This document shows, in pieces, positions 9,709-20,269 of a DNA stretch of 64,000 bases. The translations under genes and the position numbers were made by a program. This stretch comes from Rebecca billardiae RCC1528. Lineage: Eukaryota; Protista; Haptophyta. The notes beneath the pieces are model-generated. The model saw only the letters and a list, made by a program, of their open reading frames with translations, did not search any database and was not told the DNA's origin. Positions within the stretch are counted from its first letter, which is position 1, and each line of letters begins with the position of its first letter. The stretch covers positions 310,001 to 374,000 of the forward strand of contig OZ251230.1 in assembly GCA_965240325.2 (NCBI GenBank), given 5' to 3'.

Positions 9709-11277
9709 TCACTCGTCGTCATTGTCATACATCATCATCGCAGTCAAGGGCACGTCGCTCCCTGGTGGACGCCGGGCAAAGAGGGCGTGCTCGTACGCCT
9801 CCTCGCTGCCCAAGGGCGAGCCGTCATCGATGGCATCCAACAGCGCGCGCACGTGCTGTGCGCACCGCTCACGCTGGTTCGACTCCGACGGTAAGACGTG
9901 CAACCGCTGTTTGACTTCGAAGTGGCGAGTGTGGTCAGCCAGCGCCACGTCAAAGGTGAGCAGCAGCCCGCCGAGTGCAGGCGGCGCGATCCCGCGCATC
10001 TTCAACACGTCACTCAGCGCGGCGTGGTACTCGCCGACCCATCTGCGCGCGTCATGCTTCGACCTTCCCACCCATTCCGCGAGCAAGATAGCCAGGTCCT
10101 TTGCAGGCGGCCCTCGACCGATGTCGTCATAGTCGATCAGGCGCGCCGAGGGCAACGTACGCGCCGCTGCAGAGGCGGGACTATCGACGCTGCGAGCGGC
10201 GCGTGTGTCGTTGGGCACGGCGGGGGCGTGCGCGGCCTCCGAAGCACGACGGCCTCGCGCGCTGCCGGCGGGCGTGGGAGGATGAGGGCTGTCGTGGATC
10301 AGCATGTTCCCCCTGTGGGGGTCACCATGGATGAGGCACATCCACGGGCTGGCGTTCAGCCACCTCTCAAGGGCGCGTCCAGCAAGCGCGAGGCGCTGCC
10401 AAAGGCCCCCGTGTGCGTGCTTGCGGCGGAGTTTCGCGATGTCCACCTTGCCGAGGTCATCGTCCAGGTTGTACCAGCCGCCATGCACCTTGAGGCCCTT
10501 GAGCTCTGGCAGCGTGATGCCCCACGTCCAACCATGCAGGCGCGCGAGTGCGTGCAGCGCTGCGCGTTTGTTTGCGTGCGTCGGCTGCCCCGCGAGAGGC
10601 TTCCCCTGGACCACTTCCATGGCGACCAGCAGCCCTTCCGACGGCGTGTCGAGGACGAGCAGCGTGCGCGCTATCGGGACCGATGCCGGAGGCGCGATGA
10701 GCCGCGGCTGATGCCACTTCCACCAGCTGAGCACGATGCGGCCATGCCAGTCGTCAATCGCAACGCCGCCGGTGCCCTCGGCCTGCGAGGTATTCTGTGC
10801 CGTGCTTTGCAGACGGTAGATCTGCTTGACGATGATGCGACTCCCCACGCGATACACGTAGCGCATGTGTATGCCCTGTACGCGCTTGACCAACCGAATG
10901 CGCGGCATGCCGCCAGCTGCTGGCGCAAACCCGCGCCCGTGCTCGCGTTCGATGGCTGCGATCATGGACGCGACCGTCTGCTTGTTGAGCCGTGGTGGTG
11001 GCCTATCGCCCAGCTGCCGTCGCTCCAATCGGCGCTCACCAATGGCTCCGCTCGGCCTCGAGCGAGCTTGTCGGGCGACATCGCACGCGGCGGCGAGCAT
11101 CGCCCACCGCCACTGGCGCTCGCCGCACCGACTCGTGTTGAGGGCAGGAGCGATGGTGAGGCGAGCAGCCTCGATCATGGGCAGCAGAAAAACGCTCGCG
11201 ATCGAACGCGTCGCCACCGCCGCCGCGTGCGGCGGCAGCGCTGCGAGAGCCAGCACGACAGCCGCACGGACCATCAT
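9709..11277 (-). CDS. APH/choline/ecdysteroid-kinase-like phosphotransferase with signal peptide
   Basis: Catalytic loop LIHGDPHRGNMLI and LIDYDDIGRGPPAKDLA; N-terminus MMVRAAVVLALAAL. Confidence 0.72.
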   Translation of the reverse strand: MMVRAAVVLALAALPPHAAAVATRSIASVFLLPMIEAARLTIAPALNTSRCGERQWRWAMLAAACDVARQARSRPSGAIGERRLERRQLGDRPPPRLNKQTVASMIAAIEREHGRGFAPAAGGMPRIRLVKRVQGIHMRYVYRVGSRIIVKQIYRLQSTAQNTSQAEGTGGVAIDDWHGRIVLSWWKWHQPRLIAPPASVPIARTLLVLDTPSEGLLVAMEVVQGKPLAGQPTHANKRAALHALARLHGWTWGITLPELKGLKVHGGWYNLDDDLGKVDIAKLRRKHAHGGLWQRLALAGRALERWLNASPWMCLIHGDPHRGNMLIHDSPHPPTPAGSARGRRASEAAHAPAVPNDTRAARSVDSPASAAARTLPSARLIDYDDIGRGPPAKDLAILLAEWVGRSKHDARRWVGEYHAALSDVLKMRGIAPPALGGLLLTFDVALADHTRHFEVKQRLHVLPSESNQRERCAQHVRALLDAIDDGSPLGSEEAYEHALFARRPPGSDVPLTAMMMYDNDDE

Positions 11278-11282
11278 CACGT

Positions 11283-11338
11283 TCTCGCCTGCCTGAGCTG
11301 TGTGCACTGTGCGTCTCTTATTATTCTTAGTCAACTGT
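11283..11338 (+). repeat. Dispersed repeat family A copy
   Basis: TCTCGCCTGCCTGAGCTGTGTG(CACTGTG)CGTCTCTTATTATTCTTAGTCAACTGT. Confidence 0.8.
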
Positions 11339-11851
11339 ACCGGTAGTCTGTCCGGTTAAGACCCGGACTGCCACTGCCGCGTGCAAGCACTGCGGCCGCA
11401 GGGCGTCCGGCGAGACCCACTGAAGCCCCAGTGCGGCCCGAGGTCCTCGATGGCGGCTTTCGACGGCCGGCCCATCTGACCCACCGTGCGCCCACGGCCG
11501 GTGCCGGACCGTCGGGGGGCGTCACAGCCGCGGCGAGGTTCGTGTGGGCATGCCAACTACTCGGGCAAAGACTCCCCCGCCAGGTGCGTGTGCGTGGTGC
11601 GCGTGTTGTCCCATGCGCTCGTGCGGGCGGGCGCGTCCCATTTCGGCGAGGCGGGCAGATTGAGTGCTTGGTGTTCGCAAATGCGGCGATTTGCGGGCGT
11701 GCGATGGGTGTGGAGGGGAGCTATGTGATGCCCATATGCCAGGCCGCACGCGTCCGGACTGGGATTTTGTGGGATTGTCATGCCGCGTGCGTTTTGGGGC
11801 TCACGCATGCATTCCTGCACCCACGTGTGTGCCGCCCGCATTCGAGCGCGC

Positions 11852-12620
11852 AGGGACGGGCGCGAGGAAGCGGCGCATTGCTGCGCGCACGCCGGGCAAG
11901 GTTCTCACGCCAGCTGTTCCTCGGCCGCGCCTCGAGGGCGAGCTCCCTGACTCGCTCATCGGCAAATACTGGCGTGATGCCCACTTTGCCAACGGGACGG
12001 GCAATGACTACATGCACGGTGGCGCGCGCGCTCTGGCTGCTGCTCCGCTCATTCTGGCGCTCTATGCGCTGATGACGCTCTCGCAGGTCATTGACCTATT
12101 CGGCACGACCGTCGTTCACCCCCTCGTCAATGCCACGCGGCACCAGCGTAAGGAGGCTCGGCACGAGCGCCTGCTGCAAGCGCCTCCCGCGCGCGGAGAT
12201 CGAGTGCCCGAGTGGCGTCGCTACAGGCCCGCGTGGGTGGCGGAGACCGAGGATGAGCCCGACAGCCACGGGCTGTGGCCGATCACGCAGTGCCTACGCG
12301 ACCCCCTCTTCATCGCGGTCTTTGCCAAACACCCCATGGCGAGCGGCAGGCAGTGGCGGGCTAGGCATCAGCAGAATGGCGTCGCACGCGTCCCCGACCC
12401 GCTCAGGCTCAGCTGCCACAGCAGCAGCCTGCAGAGTGCAGGCCTGCAGCAGCATGACGTGGCCACACAAACACCGCCTCGACTTCTGAGGCGGTGTCAG
12501 CCAGGCCGAAGAGCCCTCCAGGTGGCCCATCAGGCATCAGCAGCGGCCGCAGGACCGGATCAGCGATGTGCTCAGCACGCTCGATCAGACCGTGAAGTGC
12601 CGCTAGCCCGTGGCCGCTGA
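11852..12620 (+). pseudogene. Unknown gene inside the TIR element, probably frameshifted
   Basis: Coding-like stretch LEGELPDSLIGKYWRDAHFANG...LWPITQCLRDPLFIAVFAKHP after a probable intron (about 11584..11851); no recognisable domain. Confidence 0.4.
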
Positions 12621-14229
12621 GACTGAGAGGGTCTGCCTCGCGTGGGGGGCCGCTGAAGTTGCCGCCCACGTACAGCATCTGCTCAGGCAGCCTGCGATCG
12701 GAAGCGGCATCCGAGACGTTGATCTTCATCAACTGCCTGATCAGGACCTTCTCGTCGGCAAAGCCTGGGCACCGTAGTCAGAATGAACTGCGGGTACGTC
12801 GCGCGCGTCTGGCCATGGCGGTGCAGTCGTGCGAGCGCCTGCTTGTCCGCAGCTGGGTTCGGGTGTGGGTCGAGGAGGATGAGGCGATTCGCAGCGACCA
12901 GGTTCAGACCAGCGCCACCAGCCTTCGTCGAGATGAAGAGGACGTGCGCCTTCGAGCCAAGGGCACAAAAGTCAGCGATGACCTTGGCCCTATCAGACTG
13001 CCTCACTGCGCCATGCAGCTCGACGATGCGCCAGCCGTCACGCCGCCAGCCGCCAGCGTACTCCTTCTCCAATGCCTTGCGGTAGAGCGACAGCACCTCC
13101 GTGTGCGCAGCGAACACGACGATCTTGTCGTCCGTGTGATCGAGCACCTCCGTCATCAAGCGCAGAAACACTCGCAGCTTGGTGGACGCAGCGTGCAGCT
13201 GGGACGAGTCCAGCCAATTCTGCTCGAGGTGGCGAGAGAGGGACTGGATCTTGGGCTCGAGACTGGTGCCGGCGAGGGCGGGGTGCGACGAGATGCCGAC
13301 CTGGATGCCCGACCGTGCGAGAGTGCGCACATCCCCGGCCGCTGCGATCGCCTCCGATAGCGCGTACTGCAGCTGGCTCGGCACGCAGCTCACAACATAG
13401 TCGTACCATGGCGGCAGCAGCTCTGTGACTGCCCTGCTCAGGATGTAGCGGTCGAGGAAGGTGCTCAGGGTCTCGCGGGCGAGCGGAGCGAGGAGAGCTT
13501 TGGCGCGGTCGCTGTCGGATGGATCTGCCCGCGCGAAGGCGTTGATGGGCCCCGCGACGAACTGCTCCCAGTACTGCTCCAGACAGCGGCGCCGGGGTCA
13601 GCCAGGTTGATGAGTGAGTAGAGGGCCTTCAGGTCGTTGCTGTCAGGCGTGGCCGTGAGCAGCAGCCGCTTAAGCGGCCAGAGCGAGTGCACGTAGGTCA
13701 CCAGCGCAGTATTGTCGTTGCAAAGCTCGTGCGCCTCGTCGAACACCCCGAGGTGGACGCGTGCTTCGCGGTGGGCCACAAAGAAGCCTGCATTCGAGGC
13801 AGAACGGAACTGGCCGTACGAGAGTACAAGCCAGTGCGCGCCCGTCATGAAGGCGGCGATGCTGTCGTCCGCTGACGGGACGACAACGCGCACATCTTGA
13901 TCGGGACAAATCCATCGCATGTCTCCTTCCCACTGCTTCACCAGCGTCGCCTTGGTGACGATGAGCACCCGCTCCGACCCCATCCGGTCGGCAACCATGG
14001 CTCCGACCGCGGTCTTGCCGTACCCCGTACCAGCGGCGACTATGAAGCCGTCGCGCAAGCGGAGGCGCCCAATGACGATGTCTACTACATCCTCCTGGTC
14101 TGCACGTGCCTCGAACGCAGGCCTTGGCGCTACATGAGGCGAGCGCGGCAGGGCGGGGCGGCAGAGCGCAGAGTGAGTAGACGTGGAAACGTAGGCCCCA
14201 CCGCGCGACGAGGAGAGGGTGCACGACAC
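12409..14229 (-). pseudogene. SNF2-family (Rad54-like) helicase/ATPase with frameshifts near 13585 and 12770
   Basis: Motif I GFIVAAGTGYGKT, II VFDEAH, III LLTATP, V STKAGGAGLNLVAANRLILLDP, VI QALARLHRHGQ, then ADEKVLIRQLMK; spread over three ORFs. Confidence 0.85.
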
Positions 14230-14433
14230 GCCCCACGCGCGGGATCACCTTGATAGGGGTTGGGCATCATGTCGAAGCCCTCAACACGGCCGAGTCGGCC
14301 CTCTCGTCGAGGCTCACCTGGGCTGCTGCCTCTCGCCGGACGGACTCGTCCCTCGCCCCATGGGAGAGGGGAGGGAGTCCGGGTCTCAACCGGACAGACC
14401 GGTAGTACGGTAGCTAACTCCTATGATACAAGT

Positions 14434-15689
14434 TCTGGTGAACACAGCTTTAAACAATTTTAATTCGTGAGAAAGCCCTGGGAGACCCAGCTCCGACCCC
14501 CTTTAATTGGTGTGACGTACTGCTGTCCCAAGTAATACCTGAGTAGGAATACGAAGAATGGGCCCTCAAACGTTTTTTGATTAGGCACGCCTCCGGAATC
14601 GAGAACGCACGTCGTTACCTTTTTGAGCGCGCGCCATAGGGATGTCGTTGCGATTCCCACCTATTTGTTGACGCTTTTCTACGACCATCCCGGCTCCCCA
14701 ATGGACCCCAAGTCGAGGAACCGCGACGCACGTGTGCTTTCGCCGCCGCGCCGCGTGCGCTCGGCACACACGATTGAGTATGACGAACGAGCGCGCCGCT
14801 GAAGGAGGCGCAGGCCGCGCGCGACACGCAGAATGGCGCTTAGCCGGCGTGGCTCGACGACGCTGCCGGCACTCGCGCTCGCACACACGTGCGCGACCGA
14901 GGAACAGCTCCGCGGGCCTCGGCCGAACCCAGCGCCGGATGCCATCGTCGGCGTCGAGAGGAACTGCGCCGATCTGGCGGAGATCCAGCGGCACGTGGCG
15001 GCGATCAAGCAGCCGCAACCGCATCAGATGACGTGCACGAGCGGCCTCATGGAGAAGCTCGTACCACAAGCCTACCATAAGCCACCCGCTCGCCGACTTG
15101 CCCGACTGACTACTCGCGGAGTTAACTCCGCCCTGGCTCGTCATCAACGGGCGCGGCCTTCGAGCCGACACCCGCGCCGCCCGCGGCTCGCGGCGCCATC
15201 GCGAAGGTGCGTGCCCGCCGGCGCGAGCTGCACAACACAACATGCACCGCCGACGTGAGCCGCTCGTACCACGTCGTGCCCGACGGGCCGTGCTCAGCGA
15301 CGGCTGCAGGGTCTACTCGCCGTGCAGTCGGTTGTGCCCTGCCGGCCTGCGCCGCTCGCCCCGCGCCTACAGCCGGTGGGCCATCCGCGGTGCGTGCCGT
15401 TGCCGTGCCGTCGTGCCCGAGCGGCCGTGCGCAGCGACGACCGCATCGACGCGCGCCTCGCCGTGCGCCTCGGTGGGCCTTGCAGAAGTGCCGCGCTGCC
15501 GCGCCTGCGGCTTAATCGCACGCGCGACTGCGGCGCGCCACCGGATGATACCGTCAGTCAGCGCTGAACGGCCAACTCGTCCCATAGTCGTCGGGTCTGC
15601 CGGCCCTGGGAAGCTTCCGTCCGTCGCGTCCTAGACGCGCTGTGTTCGACCAGCCCCACCGGGACAAGGCCGCCAGGCCCCCGCTGTTT
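14434..15689 (+). mobile_element. Non-autonomous Helitron2/Helentron-like element, copy 1
   Basis: 5' T-CTGGTGAACACAGC; subterminal inverted copy GCTGTGTTCGACCAG about 40 bp from the 3' end; hairpin GGCC-GCCA-GGCC 7-10 nt from the end; T-flanked, no TSD. Confidence 0.7.
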
Positions 15690-15842
15690 ATTAAAGTATT
15701 CTTCGTCAACAACTGAGGTGCGGCAACGCGCCCCTCACCTGCCTGCAGGCGCCGGTCTGTTTTGTGGCGGTGTCTTTGTGCAGTGTTGGATGGCGTTAAT
15801 CACGCCTTAACCAAGTGTGCACGTTAAATCATAGTAAACTGT
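15690..15842 (+). repeat. 153-bp spacer ending TAGTAAACTGT, duplicated at 17086..17238
   Basis: Identical sequence between Helitron-like copies 1/2 and 2/3. Confidence 0.85.
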
Positions 15843-17085
15843 TCTGGTGAACACAGCTTTAAACAATTTTAATTCGTGACAAAGCCCTGGGACTCAGGGA
15901 GACCCAGCTCCGACCCCCTTTAATTGGGTGTGACGTACTGATGGGGAAAGTAATACCGGAGTAGGAATACGAAGAATGGGCCTCAAACGTTTTTTGATTA
16001 GGCGCGCCTCGGGAATCGAGAACCTATGTCGTTACCTTTTTGAGCGCGCGCCATAGGGATGTCGTTGCGATTCCCACCTATTTGTTGACGCTTTTCTACG
16101 ACCATCCACCTCCCTTGACCATCCGCTCCCAAGTTGAGGAACCGCGACGATTGCTTCGGCACACATCACGATTGAGTATGACGAACGAGCTCAGCGCGCT
16201 GCTGCAGGAGGTGACGGCCACGCGCGACACGCAGAACGGCGCTCAGCCGGCGTGGCTCGACGACGCTTCCGGCACTCGCGCTCGCACTCGCACACAGGCG
16301 TACGCCGTGTGCGACGAGGATCAGCTCCGCGGGCCTCCGCCGAACCCAGCGCCACAGATGCCATCGTCGGCGTCGCGAGGTACTGCCGATCTGGCGGAGA
16401 TCCAGCGGCACGTGGCGGCGATCAAGCAGCCGCAGCCGCATCAGATGACGTGCACGAACGGCCTCATGGAGAAGCTCGTACCACAAGCCTACCATAAGCC
16501 ACCCGCTCGCCGACTTGCCTGACTACTACTCGCGCTGGCTCGTCACCAACGGGCGCGGCCTTCGAGCCGTCACCCGCGCCGCGCGCGGCTCGCGGCGCCA
16601 TTGCGGAGGTGCGTGCCCGCCGGCGCGAGCTGCACAACACAACATGCACACCGACGCGAGCCGCTCGTACCACGTCGTGCCCGACGGGCCGTGCTCAGCG
16701 ACGGCTGCAAGCCTACGCCATGCAGTCGGTTGTGCCCTGCCGGCCTGCGCCGCTCGCCCCGCGCCTACAGCCGGTGGGCCATCCGCGGTGCGTGCCGTTG
16801 CCGTGCCGTCGTGCCCGAGCGGCCGTGCGCAGCGACGACCGCATCGACGCGCGCCTCGCCGTGCGCCTCGGTGGGCCTTGCAGAAGTGCCGCGCTGCCGC
16901 GCCTGCGGCTTAATCGCACGCGCGACTGCGGCGCGCCACCGGATGATACCGTCAGTCAGCGCTGAACGGCCAACTCGTCCCATAGTCGTCGGGTCTGCCG
17001 GCCCTGGGAAGCTTCTCCGTCGCGTCCTAGACGCGCTGTGTTCGACCAGCCCCACCGGGACAAGGCCGCCAGGCCCCCGCTGTTT
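15843..17085 (+). mobile_element. Helitron2-like element, copy 2 (chimera: 5' part matches copy 3, 3' part matches copy 1)
   Basis: Same termini; 1396-bp periodicity with copy 3 (identical ORFs at 16040 and 17436). Confidence 0.7.
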
Positions 17086-17238
17086 ATTAAAGTATTCTTC
17101 GTCAACAACTGAGGTGCGGCAACGCGCCCCTCACCTGCCTGCAGGCGCCGGTCTGTTTTGTGGCGGTGTCTTTGTGCAGTGTTGGATGGCGTTAATCACG
17201 CCTTAACCAAGTGTGCACGTTAAATCATAGTAAACTGT

Positions 17239-18496
17239 TCTGGTGAACACAGCTTTAAACAATTTTAATTCGTGACAAAGCCCTGGGACTCAGGGAGACC
17301 CAGCTCCGACCCCCTTTAATTGGGTGTGACGTACTGATGGGGAAAGTAATACCGGAGTAGGAATACGAAGAATGGGCCTCAAACGTTTTTTGATTAGGCG
17401 CGCCTCGGGAATCGAGAACCTATGTCGTTACCTTTTTGAGCGCGCGCCATAGGGATGTCGTTGCGATTCCCACCTATTTGTTGACGCTTTTCTACGACCA
17501 TCCACCTCCCTTGACCATCCGCTCCCAAGTTGAGGAACCGCGACGATTGCTTCGGCACACATCACGATTGAGTATGACGAACGAGCTCAGCGCGCTGCTG
17601 CAGGAGGTGACGGCCACGCGCGACACGCAGAACGGCGCTCAGCCGGCGTGGCTCGACGACGCTTCCGGCACTCGCGCTCGCACTCGCACACAGGCGTACG
17701 CCGTGTGCGACGAGGATCAGCTCCGCGGGCCTCCGCCGAACCCAGCGCCACAGATGCCATCGTCGGCGTCGCGAGGTACTGCCGATCTGGCGGAGATCCA
17801 GCGGCACGTGGCGGCGATCAAGCAGCCGCAGCCGCATCAGATGACGTGCACGAACGGCCTCATGGAGAAGCTCGTACCACAAGCCTACCATAAGCCACCC
17901 GCTCGCCGACTTGCCTGACTACTACTCGCGCTGGCTCGTCACCAACGGGCGCGGCCTTCGAGCCGTCACCCGCGCCGCGCGCGGCTCGCGGCGCCATTGC
18001 GGAGGTGCGTGCCCGCCGGCGCGAGCTGCACAACACAACATGCACACCGACGCGAGCCGCTCGTACCACGTCGTGCCCGACGGGCCGTGCTCAGCGACGG
18101 CTGCAAGCCTACGCCATGCAGTCGGTTGTGCCCTGCGCCGCTCGCCCCGCACCCGCCTGCAGACCCGAGACCGGTGGGCCATCCGCGGTGCGTGCCGTTG
18201 CCGCGCCGTCGTGCCCGAGCGGCCGTGCGCAGCGACGACTGCATCGACGCGCGCCTCGCCGTGCGCCTCGGTGGGCTGCGACCGCGGTGGCGGTGCGGTA
18301 CCGTGCTGCGGCGCCGCGCGCGCGCGCCTGCGGCGCGCCACCGGATGATACCATTATTATTTATAGTCAGCGCTCAACGGCCAACTCGTCCCATCGTCGT
18401 CGGGTCTGCCGGCCCTAACCAGCTTCTCCGTTGCGTCCTAGACGCGCTGTGTTCGACCAGCCCCACCGGGACAAGGCCGCCAGGCCCCCGCAGTTT
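17239..18496 (+). mobile_element. Helitron2-like element, copy 3
   Basis: Same termini and internal sequence. Confidence 0.7.
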
Positions 18497-18519
18497 AATC
18501 TGTATGAGTAGCTATCACT

Positions 18520-18559
18520 TCTCGCCTGCCTGAGCTGTGCTGTGCGTCTCTTATTCTTA
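18520..18559 (+). repeat. Dispersed repeat family A copy
   Basis: TCTCGCCTGCCTGAGCTGTGCTGTGCGTCTCTTATTCTTA. Confidence 0.8.
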
Positions 18560-18568
18560 ATTATCATG

Positions 18569-18621
18569 GTAAATTGTAGTGGGTGCGGCAGAGCCTCAGG
18601 CTGCTAAATTCCCCTTTATAA
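18569..18621 (-). repeat. Terminal piece of repeat family B
   Basis: GTAAATTGTAGTGGGTGCGGCAGAGCCTCAGGCT(G/A)CTAAATTCCCCTT shared with 26531-26578. Confidence 0.8.
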
Positions 18622-18828
18622 TCAGGGGCCTTCCGGCCGCATCGGTCATACGCCAAATTGAACCGTCTTCCTATTGGAACGGGCTTCGTCCATTTGAAGC
18701 GGGTACATTGAATACGGAAAAAGGCAAAGCCCCCCCAGGGGGGGCTTTGCTTTTCGGGAGCGTGTGGCAGGATCCCGGGAACGCCCTTGACGGGCTCCGA
18801 ATCGCCGCGCGAGTTGCTCACTCGACAA

Positions 18829-20244
18829 ATGGCCCCCTTCATTCTCAACAAGTCCCAGGGGCAACGCCGGGCGCCTCGGCTGTTCGGCAAGCGTGGGGCA
18901 GACGCAGAGCGCGGCAATGGGGAGCCAGCGGAGAGTGCAGACGCCTCGGCTGCGCTGCGGCCGCCGCAGGCCGAGCAACCGACGCCTCCCGGCATCCAGA
19001 AAGGCCGCACGCAGCGCTTCAGGGTGGACGAGTACAGGCACGGCGCGATGATCTATCTTCACTTCAGCCTGTGGGCCGCGATCGTACCGATGGTCTACAT
19101 CTGGACGCTGACGCTGCAGGTTTACTGGAGCCCAGGCCACTACACGCGGTACAACCACGCTCTGCCCGACAGCTTTTCGACGCCTGGCCTGGACCCCGGC
19201 GTGCCTGGCGACCCCAGGTCCATCGGGTACACGCTCTCCTCGTTCATCTCGAACGCACACTCCACTGGGATGATGGCCTTTGCGTTCAAGGGCAACTCGT
19301 TCATCACGTGCGCGCGCGGGTAGCGCTCATGGTTGGCCGGTTGCCGGGGCGCAGCTAGCATGCATCTGACAAGAGTACTCACGCGCGGTGTCCGCGGCGG
19401 CGCGGCCTCCCCGCGTCCCTATCTTCTCCGTCGCGTGCCCCCTGGTGTTCGGCGCGCCGACCGACTGCCCGGGGCGCGCCCATCAGGTGGTCTGAGTACG
19501 GGCTGCGCGCATTCCTCGAGAACGTGGCTGAGGACGACGAGAACGACGATCGCTACATGTACGCATTCATCCTGATCTCCATCCACGAGATCGCCTTCGG
19601 GCTCTTTATGGCCTTCTCCACAGACTACATGCCGATCTCTCACCTCGTCTCCGTGGTCTGCTTCTCTATCTCGTCCGTCGCGGCGTACGTGTACCTGAAC
19701 GCGATTGGCAAGTACTACCGCGCGGTGCATGGTGACTCTAGGCATGGCCTGCATCCCAACTGCATATGGCCCCTCGGCGCTGCAGTAGGCACCTTTTCCA
19801 TCGTGCGCGCTCGCGTCCACGCGTGCCCGCCGGTGTGCGTTGGGCAGGCAGCGCGCTGTGATAAGCGCATCATCCCCCTCCTCTCCCCCGCAGCTGGTCA
19901 TGTTCGTCATCATCCATCAACTCTTTGACACGAACTGGGGCCACTGGTTCTGGGCGTGCGAGTGCACCGGCATCAGCAGTATCATGCTCATCCAGCTCGT
20001 CGATCGATACTCCAAGTTCGTCGAGAATCGCGGGTGGCCACACACGCGTTACGCCCTCACGTTCGGCCTCAACGGCGATCCACACGGCAAGGACTACATG
20101 GTGTCTCATGTTAGTGACGCGGATGGCACAGTGAGGAGGGCATCGCTCTTTGGGGGGGTGGCCCGGAAGGTCAGCATCAACACCGGACCCGCGGCAAGTC
20201 CTCGCCTCAAAGCCGCTACGACTGTGTTGCCCATGTCTGGCTGA
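18829..20244 (+). CDS. Multi-pass membrane protein of unknown function; introns 19308..19486 and 19803..19893
   Basis: Three ORF pieces join in frame through GTGCGC...AG introns; about six hydrophobic helices. Confidence 0.75.
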
Positions 20245-20269
20245 TGCGCGGATGACGGAGCAGTAGCAG

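Larger units (their letters stand above)
11346..14399. mobile_element. TIR DNA transposon-like element (3054 bp) carrying an SNF2 helicase and a convergent unknown gene, both decayed
   Basis: TIR GTCTGTCCGGTT(A/G)AGACCCGGACT at 11346-11369 and 14376-14399 (23/24 match); CGGTA duplicated at 11341-11345 and 14400-14404. Confidence 0.8.

Noticed and set aside
13465-14229. Helicase as the RecQ-type enzyme of AcademH
   Set aside because: Motif I is ambiguous, but motifs III, V and VI are SNF2-type.
14434-18496. CRISPR-like array, or hammerhead/Fanzor cassette
   Set aside because: Units are 1.2-kb elements with identical spacers; no CUGANGA/GAAA core or RuvC motifs seen.
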